Source: Coraliomargarita sp. (GTDB lineage: Bacteria; Verrucomicrobiota; Verrucomicrobiia; Opitutales; Coraliomargaritaceae). From it: 64,000 nt of DNA. The notes under the pieces are model-generated. The model had not been told where the DNA came from. It searched no databases and saw only the letters and a program-made list of their open reading frames with translations. Positions 53,923 through 64,000 of the stretch are shown here, in pieces. Location of the stretch: the NCBI GenBank assembly GCA_965216325.1, contig OZ244160.1:2464001-2528000 (forward strand). Reading direction: 5' to 3'. Both the position numbers and the translations under genes were made by a program. Each line of letters opens with the position of its first letter. Position 1 is the first letter of the stretch.

Positions 53923-55218
53923 CTAGGCAGTAATCTGCGTGCCGTCGAAGACTTGCTTGCCACCTACAATCGTGGCTTTGACTTTGCCCTTGAGTGTTTT
54001 CCCGTTCCAAGGGCAGTTGCGCGACTTGCTGAAGAATTTGTCCGGATCAACCACCCATTCCTTATCTGGATCAAAGAGGCAGATGTCTGCATTGGCGCCG
54101 GCGCTGAGCGTGCCGGCTTCGAGCTTGCAGAGTTCTGCGCCTTTGTGAGTCATGAGTGCGATGACATCGCTCAAGCTCATGGTACCGCTGTGGTACAGCG
54201 TGCCGAGGCTGGATGCCAAGGAGTTTTCCAAACCGATGATGCCGAATGGGGCGTAGTCAAATTCGCGGTCTTTCTCGGTTTCAGTATGGGGTGCGTGATC
54301 GGTGGCAATACAGTCGAGTGTGCCATCGCAAAGACCTTCGATTAAGGCCGCTCGGTCTTCTGCAGTGCGCAGCGGCGGATTCATTTTAAAGACGGTGTCG
54401 TAGTCCTTGAGGTGCGCATCGGTAAATTCGATGTGGTGTGGGCTGGCTTCACCGGTGACACGGATACCGCGCTTCTTTGCTGCACGAAGGATGTCGACTG
54501 AAGCTGCGGAACTGACGTGCTGCATATGGATGTGTGCACCGGTCAGTCGGGAAAGGATGACGTTGCGGGCAACGATAATGTCTTCCGCTGCTTTCGGCCA
54601 ACCACGCAGGCCAAGCTTGAGTGACCATTCGCCCTCATTCATGACCGCGTCCTCAGTGAGGCTCGCGTCTTGGCAGTGGTCCATGATCGGCAGGCCAAAC
54701 ATGTTGGCATATTCGACAGCACGGCGCATGATCTCGTTACTTTGGACACATTTGCCATCGTCGGTGACGGCTACGATTCCGGCGCTGAGCAGTTGGCCGG
54801 TTGGTGCGAGTTGTTCACCATTCATACCGATCGTCAGGCAGCCAGTGGGGTGCACGCGCACAACAGCTTCTCGGTCCACCTTGTCCATGATGCGCTGGAT
54901 GGTGCCCGCGTTGTCACATACCGGGCTCGTGTTGGGCATGCACACCACGGTGGTGAATCCACCTGCGGCAGCGGCTTCAGAGCCACTGCGAATGTCTTCT
55001 TTATGCGTCTGGCCCGGGTCGCGAAAATGCACGTGGATGTCGACGAGGCCAGGTGCGACCACTAGACCACTCGCATCGATCTTGGTGGCCTCGGCTTGTT
55101 GAGCATCGGTCAACGAATCGACGAGCACGCCATCGACTGCGTAGATGTCGGCGACTGCATCGCGTTTATTTGCTGGGTCGATGACTCGACCACCAGTTAT
55201 CCAGAGTATGTCTGACAT
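53923..55218 (-). CDS. pyrC: Dihydroorotase
   Basis: DIHVHFRDPG, MPNT, KMNPPLR, IATDHAPH. Confidence 0.96.
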   Translation of the reverse strand: MSDILWITGGRVIDPANKRDAVADIYAVDGVLVDSLTDAQQAEATKIDASGLVVAPGLVDIHVHFRDPGQTHKEDIRSGSEAAAAGGFTTVVCMPNTSPVCDNAGTIQRIMDKVDREAVVRVHPTGCLTIGMNGEQLAPTGQLLSAGIVAVTDDGKCVQSNEIMRRAVEYANMFGLPIMDHCQDASLTEDAVMNEGEWSLKLGLRGWPKAAEDIIVARNVILSRLTGAHIHMQHVSSAASVDILRAAKKRGIRVTGEASPHHIEFTDAHLKDYDTVFKMNPPLRTAEDRAALIEGLCDGTLDCIATDHAPHTETEKDREFDYAPFGIIGLENSLASSLGTLYHSGTMSLSDVIALMTHKGAELCKLEAGTLSAGANADICLFDPDKEWVVDPDKFFSKSRNCPWNGKTLKGKVKATIVGGKQVFDGTQITA

Positions 55219-55260
55219 GGATATGGAATTGAAACGTTCAGATTATAAATGGGTGCAGGA

Positions 55261-56223
55261 TTAGCAGCTCGGTAGCTCAACCGGGATGCCCTTGTGGTAG
55301 CAGTGGCAGAGGTGAAGGACTGCCATGCGGACGACGATGCCGTTGGTTACCTGTTGGAGGATCACGGAGCGATCGGAGTCTGCCAGCTCAGAGTCGATTT
55401 CAACGCCGCGGTTGATCGGGCCTGGGTGCATGATGATCGCGCCGGGCTTGAGCCACTTCGCGCGATCTTTGTTGAGCCCGAACATGCTCTTGTATTCGCC
55501 GATAGAAGGGAAGTGAGTCGAGGACTGGCGCTCGTGCTGAATACGCAGTAGCATCACTGCATCGGCATCTTCAAGGGCGCTTTTCAAATCGTGGCAGACC
55601 GTTGCCCCCATAGACTCAAAGCCTTCGGGGACAAGGGTGCTTGGACCGGCGATGGTGACTTTAGCACCCAGCTTTTGCAGGCAAATGATGTTCGAGCGGG
55701 CCACACGGCTGAAGAGGATGTCACCCAAAATAGTGATCTTCTTACCATCTAGGCTACCGAGTTTCTCGAGTAGTGTGAACGAGTCGAGCAGTGCTTGGGT
55801 TGGGTGAGAGTGTGAGCCGTCGCCAGCATTAACCACCGGAATGTCGACCACCTTGCTGAGGTAATTCGGTGCGCCCGAGGCTGAGTGACGCATGATGATG
55901 ACGTCCGCCTTGAGTGCCTGCATGTTTTGTGCGGTATCGCGCAGTGTCTCGCCCTTGGTCAAGCTGCTGGCTGCAGCGGTTACCGTAATCGTGTCAGCAC
56001 TCAGGCGGCTGGCAGCCACTTCGAAGGCAAGGCGCGTGCGCGTGCTGGGTTCGAGGAACAGGTTCACTACGGTGCGCCCGTTGAGATAGGGCTGCTTCTT
56101 ATCGTCGGCTTCCATGGCCTTTTTGAAGGCGGTTGCGGCTGTAAAAATCGTTTCGATTTCAGCGCGGGAGAGTGGCTCGATGCCGATGAGGTCTTTTCGG
56201 TTCCAGGAAAGGCTAGTGCTCAT
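55261..56223 (-). CDS. pyrB: Aspartate carbamoyltransferase catalytic subunit
   Basis: FLEPSTRT, NAGDG..HPTQALLD, HPGPINRG. Confidence 0.97.
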   Translation of the reverse strand: MSTSLSWNRKDLIGIEPLSRAEIETIFTAATAFKKAMEADDKKQPYLNGRTVVNLFLEPSTRTRLAFEVAASRLSADTITVTAAASSLTKGETLRDTAQNMQALKADVIIMRHSASGAPNYLSKVVDIPVVNAGDGSHSHPTQALLDSFTLLEKLGSLDGKKITILGDILFSRVARSNIICLQKLGAKVTIAGPSTLVPEGFESMGATVCHDLKSALEDADAVMLLRIQHERQSSTHFPSIGEYKSMFGLNKDRAKWLKPGAIIMHPGPINRGVEIDSELADSDRSVILQQVTNGIVVRMAVLHLCHCYHKGIPVELPSC

Positions 56224-56330
56224 GAGTATGCGTGGCAACCGCAGCGAGACTCAGTGCGCGGCTCCGAAGATGGAAATCTGATTTCCCCGCAGAAAAGAGC
56301 AACGGAAAATTGAGGGCGGTTTAGGGCGAA

Positions 56331-56446
56331 CGAAAGTATTTCATACTTCCGCTACGGTTTTTCGTGTCGCGGAATTACGCAGTCGTTCGAAACTGTTGCC
56401 ACAGTTCCGTTACGGGGAATGGTAGCGGACGTGGGAAGCACTTTCG
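56331..56446. repeat. REP cluster (GTAGCGGAA..TTTCG family, 3-4 units)
   Basis: Units at 56331-56355, 56388-56413 and 56422-56446, plus a degenerate one near 56366. Confidence 0.75.
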
Positions 56447-56459
56447 GTGTAGGACCAGC

Positions 56460-57188
56460 CTACAACCACTTCGTAATTGACGGAATCGGGTAGGCGCGTT
56501 GGCCGCTTTCGAGGCGCTCCATGTATTTGTCCGGATCTTGGTCTTCGGGGCGCTCGTCTTCGAACTCGTCCTCTTCGATCGGGATGAGTTCGTCGAAATA
56601 CAGTGAATAGCGCCGGGCCTCAGGATCGAGCACTTCGGGTGGGTTCGCTACACGGCCTTTTTTGACCAGCATGAAGCGGCAAGGGAAATACTGTTTGGTG
56701 TAGCGTTCTTCGAAGGCTTTGATCCACTTGTTGTCGACATCCTGACGTTGGCTGAGCAGCACGACGTCGGAAAAGTGAATGCAGGCATCATACCACGCTT
56801 GTGCTTTCTCATTCGCCTTGAGGAAGCTGCAATGCACAACCGTCATCAATCGCGCGATCGGGCAATTATTGTGGTCGGTCCATTGCTTGATCGCTTCAAC
56901 CACATCGCTTGGGTCGCTATCGCCCGGAGCCATGAAGATGATCTTCTCCGGTGCGGCGGTAATCGCACCATGGGCGACTTTGCACTTGTTGAGCTTCCAG
57001 TCGACCACGCTGACGTTCTCGCGCTCGTTGAGCTTGGCGTCGAATTCCGACTCGGCTTCGCCTTCGGGACGGAAGTAGAGCACCTGTGAGTCTTTGTCGA
57101 CGCCACCTTCGATCAGGTCGAAGATCACCGCGCGGCGATCAGATCCGGTGATACCAAAGACGACGTAAACTAGTGGAGAGTCAGACAT
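56460..57188 (-). CDS. Hypothetical protein, degenerate CobW/COG0523 GTPase-like fold
   Basis: VYVVFGITGSDRR, LMTVVH and IHFSDVVLLSQRQD parallel CobW segments. Confidence 0.55.
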   Translation of the reverse strand: MSDSPLVYVVFGITGSDRRAVIFDLIEGGVDKDSQVLYFRPEGEAESEFDAKLNERENVSVVDWKLNKCKVAHGAITAAPEKIIFMAPGDSDPSDVVEAIKQWTDHNNCPIARLMTVVHCSFLKANEKAQAWYDACIHFSDVVLLSQRQDVDNKWIKAFEERYTKQYFPCRFMLVKKGRVANPPEVLDPEARRYSLYFDELIPIEEDEFEDERPEDQDPDKYMERLESGQRAYPIPSITKWL

Positions 57189-57302
57189 GAATAGTGGCCC
57201 ACACGAAGCGGAGTGTAGATGGCGTAGCAAATCTCACTAATTGTCACGAATTCCACACGTTGTTTTTGTTCGTACAGAGTCGTGTCATTCGTGGGCGGTT
57301 TC

Positions 57303-58394
57303 TTAATCAAACTTAAACGATTCGCACTGCGCTTTGTGGCGCATCCAGTGGTCGACGAGCACGAGTGCTGCCATGGATTCGACGATTGGCACGGCGCGTG
57401 GCACGACGCAAGGGTCGTGGCGGCCGCGGCCCATGAGTTCGGTCTCGTTGCCGTCCTTGTCAACGGTGTCCTGCTTCTGAATCAGTGTTGCAGTTGGCTT
57501 GAAGGCGACACGGAAGATTAATTCTTCGCCATTGCTGATGCCGCCTTGCACGCCACCTGAGCGGTTGGTGGCGGTGCCGACTTTGCCGTCCTTGTTGATG
57601 AAAATGTCGTTGTGCTCAGAGCCCTTTTGCAAGCTGCCGTCAAACCCGCTACCCACTTCGAAACCCTTGGTTGCTGGGAGCGAGAGCATCGCTTTGGCGA
57701 GGTCTGCTTCAAGACGGTCAAAGACCGGCACGCCGAGACCTACCGGGAGGTTACGCACGCGGCACTCAATGAGTCCGCCAACAGAGTCGCCCTCTGCACG
57801 CACTTCGCGAATGCGATCAGCCATCTTCTCTGCGGCTTCCGGATCGGGGCAGCGCACTGGGTTGGCTTCGACTGCTTCGAGTGTTGGGAAACCTTCGATC
57901 TTGGCTTCGATGTCGTGCACACGAGTGATGTAGGCGCGCACTTCGATGTCGCCGGCGAGTTTGAGAATCTTCTTGGCAATGGCACCGGCTGCTACGCGGC
58001 CAATGGTTTCACGGGCAGAGGAACGGCCGCCGCCTTCGTGGTTGCGGATGCCGAATTTGGTTTGATACGTGAAGTCCGCATGAGAGGGGCGGAACTTATC
58101 CTTCATCTCGGAGTAGGCGGACGGACGCTGGTCGCCGTTGGGCACGTAGATACCGATCGGGGTGCCGAGTGTTTGGCCTTCGTAGACGCCCGATACGATC
58201 TCCGCAGTGTCGCTTTCTTTGCGCGGCGTAGTGATGTCGCTTTGCCCTGGGCGTCGGCGGTCGAGTTCGAACTGAATGTCTTCGACCGATAGCGGCAAAC
58301 GCGGCGGGCAGCCGTCGACGACGACGCCGATGCCGCCACCGTGACTTTCGCCCCAAGTGGATATACGGAAGAGTGTGCCAAAGGAATTACCCAT
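57303..58394 (-). CDS. aroC: Chorismate synthase
   Basis: WGESHG, RPSHAD, RSSARET, GGISNG, GRHDPC. Confidence 0.98.
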   Translation of the reverse strand: MGNSFGTLFRISTWGESHGGGIGVVVDGCPPRLPLSVEDIQFELDRRRPGQSDITTPRKESDTAEIVSGVYEGQTLGTPIGIYVPNGDQRPSAYSEMKDKFRPSHADFTYQTKFGIRNHEGGGRSSARETIGRVAAGAIAKKILKLAGDIEVRAYITRVHDIEAKIEGFPTLEAVEANPVRCPDPEAAEKMADRIREVRAEGDSVGGLIECRVRNLPVGLGVPVFDRLEADLAKAMLSLPATKGFEVGSGFDGSLQKGSEHNDIFINKDGKVGTATNRSGGVQGGISNGEELIFRVAFKPTATLIQKQDTVDKDGNETELMGRGRHDPCVVPRAVPIVESMAALVLVDHWMRHKAQCESFKFD

Positions 58395-58521
58395 AAGTGC
58401 AAGGAGTTAGGAGGAAGAAGCTGGCGGTGAGAAGCTTAATTTATCGCTTTTAGAAGAGCTTACACTTGATGCGGATGCGGCTCTACGAAAGAGTGTGCGC
58501 CTGATTCTCGGTCCGCATTCT

Positions 58522-58848
58522 ATGAGTGATTATAATCAAAACATGTTTTCCCAGCCCCTGAAGCCTGACCCCGGTAAAGCCTCGACAGTGCGGGAATTAC
58601 AGCATCGGGTTGATAAATTAGAGCTAATTACAGAAGCCTTGTGGAGGTTGTTGAAGGAGAATACAGACCTTGATGAGACCGACTTGCTTGAGCGTGTTGC
58701 GCAGGTGGATCTCATGGACGGTCGATATGACCGTAAAAAGAGTAAGATCAGTGTCATTGAATGCAAACGCTGTGGGCGCAAGAACAGCAAGCGGCACACT
58801 CAGTGCCTTTACTGCGGTGACGTTATCCTGATCGGCCCGTTTGATTAG
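58522..58848 (+). CDS. Hypothetical protein with C-terminal zinc ribbon
   Basis: Coiled segment then CKRC..CLYC. Confidence 0.7.
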   Translation: MSDYNQNMFSQPLKPDPGKASTVRELQHRVDKLELITEALWRLLKENTDLDETDLLERVAQVDLMDGRYDRKKSKISVIECKRCGRKNSKRHTQCLYCGDVILIGPFD

Positions 58849-58857
58849 CCGAATCCA

Positions 58858-59952
58858 CTAGCTGCTCGGATGCTTGCCCAGCAGCCCATCCGGCCAGAAT
58901 GCTGCGTCGCCTTCGAGCCCGAGCGTAATCGTCAGGTTCAGGAAGGTGAGGTCGCCCATCGAGTTGCACAACATGAAGCGGTGGTCGTTGTGCAGGCGGG
59001 CTAGTTCCTGGCGCAGCTGACGCATCTTTTCCATACTCGAAATTTGATCGGCGCACATGCAGTCGCGCAGATGGTTGACGCGTGCCAGGGCGAAGTTGAG
59101 ACGACGCTTGATCAGTGTGCGCTCTTCGCGCTGATACTGGTGACTGGTCTCGAGGTTGATCAGCTCGGTGCAGAGTTTCACCACTGGCAGGTTGTTTTTG
59201 AAAAACTGCGGTAGGTAGAGAGAGCGGCGGCCTTCGTAACTTTGCTGGTCGAAGTCGATCGCACGCACACGGTATTGGTTTTGCTCGAAGTCCGGGCTGA
59301 CCTGCACGACGTAGTTGTAAGCGCGCATATCGCCGAGTAGGCGCACGAAGCAGCGCTCGTTGAATTTGATAAACTCCTTGGCCAGACGCACCGAGTGCAG
59401 GTCGGGGCGGGGGAGGTATTCGCGGATGAAGTCGTCACCCGGCACGCCAATGATGTGCTCTTCGATCAAGGTGTCGCCGTAGACCAGAAAGTTGATGTCG
59501 TTCGGCGAGAGCAACTGCTCGAGTTCGAGGCCGTAGATGCGGGAGGCGTCGGCCTTCTTGACGTAAAAGTAGTCGTGGTTGTCGTTGTATTGATTGACCA
59601 CGCGCACACGCATCGGCTTGGTATTGCCGAAGGTGCAGAAGTCGACGCGGTCGATGTAGAGATTACTGAGAATCGTCTCGTCGCCACCGGAACGGAGTTG
59701 CACGTAGATGCGCTTCAGTCCGTCGTAGAGTTCGCGGCCGAGTTGTTGCTCGTAGATCAGCGTCTGCCACAGTGTGTCTTCGCCGTCTTTGTTCATGAGC
59801 GGGAAGGCGTCCTCGTATTGGAGGAGGTCTTCGTAGGTGACCGGCAGGTCCATGGCGCGCAGATATTCGCCCAGATACTCACGGAATTGACCGTTGATCG
59901 GGAAGAATTGTTTACGTTGCTGTGTGGGAACCGGCTGCATCTCTGTTGGCAT
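58858..59952 (-). CDS. Hypothetical protein, candidate atypical (PI3/4K- or HipA-like) kinase
   Basis: 364 aa with strong codon bias; YVK, LLGDMRAYN and AIDFD motifs. Confidence 0.6.
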   Translation of the reverse strand: MPTEMQPVPTQQRKQFFPINGQFREYLGEYLRAMDLPVTYEDLLQYEDAFPLMNKDGEDTLWQTLIYEQQLGRELYDGLKRIYVQLRSGGDETILSNLYIDRVDFCTFGNTKPMRVRVVNQYNDNHDYFYVKKADASRIYGLELEQLLSPNDINFLVYGDTLIEEHIIGVPGDDFIREYLPRPDLHSVRLAKEFIKFNERCFVRLLGDMRAYNYVVQVSPDFEQNQYRVRAIDFDQQSYEGRRSLYLPQFFKNNLPVVKLCTELINLETSHQYQREERTLIKRRLNFALARVNHLRDCMCADQISSMEKMRQLRQELARLHNDHRFMLCNSMGDLTFLNLTITLGLEGDAAFWPDGLLGKHPSS

Positions 59953-60167
59953 GGATTCGCTAGGCTGAACGGGCTTTTGCTGGGGTTCAATCTAAACTCT
60001 TGAGTGATTTCTGAAAGTCGTAGCGTGCCGCTGCAGCAAACACGTTACCTGTGCTGGATAGAGCGTTTGCTGAAGTTGCGCGCTACGCTGATCGATATCA
60101 TACTGCCTCAGCGGGCAGAAAATTTAACTTTAGGGTTGATCGCTGGGCGCGAGTTGCTGTCTTCTGC

Positions 60168-60268
60168 GGGTGGCCGGGTCCTATGCAATGTTCGGTCCGA
60201 TGAACCCCGTCAGGTCCGGAAGGAAGCAGCGGTAATTGGAACAACATGTCGTAGGGTGCCTGGCCACT
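60168..60268 (+). ncRNA. ffs: Signal recognition particle RNA (small, 4.5S type)
   Basis: Conserved CAGGTCCGGAAGGAAGCAGC core; terminal stem GTGGCCGGG/CCTGGCCAC; upstream of dnaX. Confidence 0.95.
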
Positions 60269-60363
60269 TTTGTGTCCGGATGTCGGGTTCGGCCAAAGAT
60301 TTTGCACTCTTCTAAAAAAGCCCCTTGCAAGGCTTTGGAAATGAGCGCTTCTTGAGTGCTTCG

Positions 60364-61518
60364 ATGGAACAAGGTTATCAAGTTATCGCGCGCCGCTGGC
60401 GTCCCAAGCAGTTCGATGAGCTGGTGGGGCAAGACCACATCATTCGCACCTTGCGTAACGCCATCGAAACCAACCGTATCGCGCACGCCTACTTGTTTGT
60501 GGGGCCGCGGGGCACGGGTAAAACCAGCTCCGCACGTCTGTTTGCTAAGGCGCTCAATGCTGAGGGTGGCCCCAGTGTTTCGCCGGACAACGAGTCTGAC
60601 ATTAGCAAGGCGATCATGACGGGCTCGTGCATGGACGTGATCGAAATCGACGGTGCGTCCAACAACAGCGTCGACCAGATCCGCGACCTGCGTGACGACT
60701 GCCAATACGCGCCCACGCAGTGCAGCTTCAAGATCTACATTATCGACGAGGTGCACATGCTGACTACTGCGGCATTCAACGCATTGTTGAAGACGCTCGA
60801 AGAGCCGCCGCCGCACGTGAAGTTCATTTTCGCGACCACTGAGTCGCATAAAGTGTTGCCAACCATCGTCTCGCGTTGTCAACGCTTCGAGTTCCGCCCG
60901 ATTGCGGACGAGGTGATCGTTGAGAAACTCAAAACCATTTCCGAAGCCGAAGGCATCAATGTCGAGCGCGCTGCGCTGGAGTCGATCGCACGACTGGCTA
61001 ATGGCGGTATGCGCGACTCGCAGTCGATCCTCGACCAGATGATTTCCTTCTGTGGCAATGAGATCGCCGAAAGCGATGTGCTCGATGTGTATGGTCTCGC
61101 TTCGGCAGATCGTATTGCCGAGCTCGCGCGCTCGATCGGTTCGCTCAACTACCCGGCCATTCTTGCGGCAGTGGACGCTTTTGCGGACGAGGGCCGTGAT
61201 CTGTTTCGTATTTTGCAGGATTTGCAGGCGCACATTCGCACCGCACTCTTGGATGCCATCGCGAACAAGGGCGCGTCCGACAAGCTTGGCACTCCGCTGA
61301 CCACTGAGTCGATCATGCGTATGCTGGATGCACTCCACCAAGGTGAGGCATCGGTGCAAAAAGGACTTTCTGAGAAGGTGAACTTCGAAGTGGTGCTGCT
61401 CAAGGCCGCTGAAGAGTCCCGCTCCCGCGCCATTGATAGCCTGATCAAACAGCTGGCGAATGCCGAAGTTGCTGAATCTGGCAGCGAGGGTGGTAGCGAA
61501 GGCGAAAAAAAAAACTAG
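60364..61518 (+). CDS. dnaX: DNA polymerase III subunit gamma/tau, zero-frame (gamma-length) product
   Basis: [42 protein letters not shown]; ends in A10-C-TAG. Confidence 0.97.
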   Translation: MEQGYQVIARRWRPKQFDELVGQDHIIRTLRNAIETNRIAHAYLFVGPRGTGKTSSARLFAKALNAEGGPSVSPDNESDISKAIMTGSCMDVIEIDGASNNSVDQIRDLRDDCQYAPTQCSFKIYIIDEVHMLTTAAFNALLKTLEEPPPHVKFIFATTESHKVLPTIVSRCQRFEFRPIADEVIVEKLKTISEAEGINVERAALESIARLANGGMRDSQSILDQMISFCGNEIAESDVLDVYGLASADRIAELARSIGSLNYPAILAAVDAFADEGRDLFRILQDLQAHIRTALLDAIANKGASDKLGTPLTTESIMRMLDALHQGEASVQKGLSEKVNFEVVLLKAAEESRSRAIDSLIKQLANAEVAESGSEGGSEGEKKN

Positions 61519-61910
61519 TCTTTGATTCAGTCGAATCGACCGAGCCATTGCCGCCGCTGGTCTTACCCGAAGCCGCTCCGACGCCGGAGCCAATGGCGGA
61601 ACCCAGTGGCACGCCCATCGCCGTTGAAGTGGACGATGATCCCGATGCAATCCTGCGCGCCATGGCGGGAGAGGGCACCATCGTCGAAGAAATTACTGAA
61701 GAGGATGGTGTCGAAGAAGATCCGGATCCTTTTGGTGCTGCGGGCGCAGCCGTCGTCGAAGCTGCAGTCGCGCAGACCAGCCAAAATCTCATGACCGTTC
61801 CTGAGGCGGAAGCGAAACTTGGTGCCGAGGTGCTACAGGTGCTCGACCAGCGCTTCAAAGGTCGCGTCAGCGAGGTCCGTCACGTCGACGAGCGTGATTT
61901 GATTTTTTAG
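61503..61910 (+). CDS. Putative tau-specific C-terminal extension of DnaX in the -1 frame
   Basis: Open -1 frame from the A10 run ([17 protein letters not shown]...DERDLIF); Pro/Glu/Ala-rich linker; first ATG is internal (about 61593). Confidence 0.7.
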   Translation, partial: RKKKLVFDSVESTEPLPPLVLPEAAPTPEPMAEPSGTPIAVEVDDDPDAILRAMAGEGTIVEEITEEDGVEEDPDPFGAAGAAVVEAAVAQTSQNLMTVPEAEAKLGAEVLQVLDQRFKGRVSEVRHVDERDLIF

Positions 61911-62065
61911 CAGACTGGCCTTGACAGAGGGCGGTTGTCTTGGCTTTTTGCCTGCTTCCCTTTTTTACGGGGCTGTTCTTTTCAAATCAATTTTCCTTGG
62001 CGATGTATTTCGCGAAAACGTGTCGCTTTGTCGCACGAATTGATTAAATTTACAGATAGACTTTA

Positions 62066-62332
<267 letters not shown>

Positions 62333-62351
62333 GGTATTTAGATACTGCGAC

Positions 62352-64000
62352 CTAGATGACGATCGCCGGCTCGTTTGTCTGGTGGTGGGCGATGAAGTCG
62401 ATATAACCTTCTTTGCCCATATAGCGCTGCAGGATTTTCGCGTCGGTTTTGGTCAGGTCGACCAGGATCAGTCCGTCGATGACATCGCTGAAGGCAGGGT
62501 CGACGTTGAAACTCAAGAGGGTGCCGTTGAGCTTCAGGTAGTGTTTGAGTAGGACCGGGATGCCTTTTTCGTCGTCTTCGAAGCCCGAGACGATGGCTGA
62601 GATTGCGTTGTCGGAGGTGATGGATTCGCCGATGTCTTTAATGGAAATGCCACGTGCTTTGCGGGTGGCCTTTGGGGGCTTCTTGGCACGTACGAGTGAG
62701 GCCATCTCGTCGTCGAAACTGTGCTCGCGGAAGTAGTGGACCATCAGGTCCTTGGAGAGTTTGTGATAGGCGTCGGTAATACTGACGGGTCCGAAGAGCA
62801 GTTTGTATTTGGGGTGTCGCACACAGAACTCGCCAATGCCACGCCAAATGAGGGCGAGGGAGGCATGCTTCTTTTGATATTTCAGGCAGATGAAAGAGCG
62901 GCCGAGCTCGATGCCGTTGGAGAGTTTGTCGAGCAAGCCGTGTTTGAATTTAAACAGCGTCGCGGTGTAGAGGCCTTGTTTGCCGTAGCGGTCGACGATT
63001 TGGTCAATTAGGCCAATGCGATAGGCCCCAACGATCTCGTCCTCTTTATGGTCCCACATAAAGAGATGCAGATAGTAGTCGTCGTATTCGTCGAGATCTC
63101 GAGCGTTGCCTGTGCCCTCTTGGACTGCGCGGAAGGTTTCTTCGCGTAAGCGGCCGATTTCTTTGAGGGTGTTGGGGATCTGGTCGGCACTGACGCAATA
63201 GATTGAGTAGTCGCCTTGTTCGACCAGTGTGCATGCTGAAGGGAGGCTTTCGATCTCAGTACGAATGCGATGCTTGGGAAGTGATGGTGCGAGTGGATGT
63301 AGCTGCTTTGAACTGGATGCTGAGCGGAAGGGCAGGCGTAGCTTCTTGCGTGGGCTTTTCGTGAGCGGTTTGGCGCGTAGGGCGTAGGTTTGCAGGCGTA
63401 GGTATTCAGTGGCTGCTGAGGTGCTCTCGAACTGCTCGAGTTGTTTGGCTTTGATTGTTTTGCCGATACGTACCTGTAGTTGAGCGCCTTGTTTTCGACA
63501 GAATTCACGGGCGAGCATCAGTGTCCTTAGGCGAGGGTGAATCATCCCCATTAACTGAAACAGCAGGCTATTACACCCTTCGAAATAGACGGGTAGAATG
63601 TGCGCGTTCGTCCGCTGCGCTAGTTGAGTGATGTGGTCCGTCCATGGGCGGTCGATCACCGCGCGGTTTTTCCAACTGAAGGCGGAGACTTCACCTGCGG
63701 GGAAAACACCGAGGCAGCCGCCGCCTTTGAGCCAACGTAGCGCATCGCGCATCCCGGAGAGGTTGGAGCGGGCTGAATCCGCACGTTCGAAGGGGTCGAC
63801 ATTGATGATGCTGCCACGGATACCTTCCATTTCGGAGAGCAGGTAATTGCCCATCAATTTGGAGTCGGCACGGATGCCGGCCAGCATCGCGCCGAGGACC
63901 ACACCGTCGATTCCACCGAATGGATGGTTGGAGAGGACAATCAGTGGTCCTTCCTTGGGGATGCGCTCATAGGCCTTGGTTTCCACTTCGAAGTGTGTAC
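62352..64000 (-). CDS. Acyltransferase-GNAT fusion (OlsF-like ornithine-lipid synthase), 5' end outside window
   Basis: NHPFGGIDG (HX4D) and FPAGEVS acyltransferase motifs, then EIGRLREETF/IVGAYR/ELGRSF GNAT; frame open to the window edge. Confidence 0.8.
   Translation of the reverse strand, partial: THFEVETKAYERIPKEGPLIVLSNHPFGGIDGVVLGAMLAGIRADSKLMGNYLLSEMEGIRGSIINVDPFERADSARSNLSGMRDALRWLKGGGCLGVFPAGEVSAFSWKNRAVIDRPWTDHITQLAQRTNAHILPVYFEGCNSLLFQLMGMIHPRLRTLMLAREFCRKQGAQLQVRIGKTIKAKQLEQFESTSAATEYLRLQTYALRAKPLTKSPRKKLRLPFRSASSSKQLHPLAPSLPKHRIRTEIESLPSACTLVEQGDYSIYCVSADQIPNTLKEIGRLREETFRAVQEGTGNARDLDEYDDYYLHLFMWDHKEDEIVGAYRIGLIDQIVDRYGKQGLYTATLFKFKHGLLDKLSNGIELGRSFICLKYQKKHASLALIWRGIGEFCVRHPKYKLLFGPVSITDAYHKLSKDLMVHYFREHSFDDEMASLVRAKKPPKATRKARGISIKDIGESITSDNAISAIVSGFEDDEKGIPVLLKHYLKLNGTLLSFNVDPAFSDVIDGLILVDLTKTDAKILQRYMGKEGYIDFIAHHQTNEPAIVI

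Noticed and set aside
56331..56446. Short repeated units that might be a CRISPR array or PyrR attenuator upstream of pyrB
   Set aside because: Units alternate in orientation, vary in sequence, match REPs at 7107 and 51944, and no cas or pyrR gene is present.
60181..61650. 489-aa ORF antisense to dnaX and ffs
   Set aside because: Shadow ORF overlapping a conserved gene and SRP RNA.
61522..61794. 90-aa ORF in the dnaX zero frame after the TAG (possible read-through)
   Set aside because: Arg/Ser/Trp-rich off-frame composition; the -1 frame has native-looking codons and runs further.

Overview
Bacterial chromosomal window made mostly of core genes. The protein style (RRM RNA-binding protein, SHD1/Sel1 protein, TPR-ExbB-ExbD-ExbD-vWA cluster, PAS-AraC regulator) suggests a PVC-superphylum organism, most likely Verrucomicrobiota/Opitutia; this is inference, not a search result. 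Contents: cutA, prfB with its programmed +1 frameshift, an ATP-grasp ligase, an RND efflux operon, ptsH, xylA-xylB with a divergent PAS-AraC regulator, a 7.3-kb six-gene TPR/TPR/ExbB/ExbD/ExbD/TonB-anchor-vWA operon, a mini-RNase III-like/tlyA/nadK/cca cluster, rpmI-rplT, an M16 protease, a REC-Hpt/NarL pair, xseA, pyrBC, aroC, SRP RNA, dnaX, a tRNA-CAU and an OlsF-like acyltransferase truncated by the window edge. Many intergenic spaces hold GTAG-type REP palindromes. Most notable: (1) the proton-motor operon whose TonB/TolA-like transducer ends in a vWA-like domain, with no TonB-dependent receptor nearby; (2) dnaX that stops after an A10 run at gamma length, with the tau-like extension in the -1 frame; (3) apparent pseudo-enzymes (PhoD, CobW-like GTPase, HATPase); (4) a PI4K/HipA-like kinase candidate; (5) a 150-bp unit duplicating the tRNA 3' end and terminator. 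No transposase, integrase, phage gene or CRISPR array was recognised. All family calls come from motifs read by eye, not from database searches.
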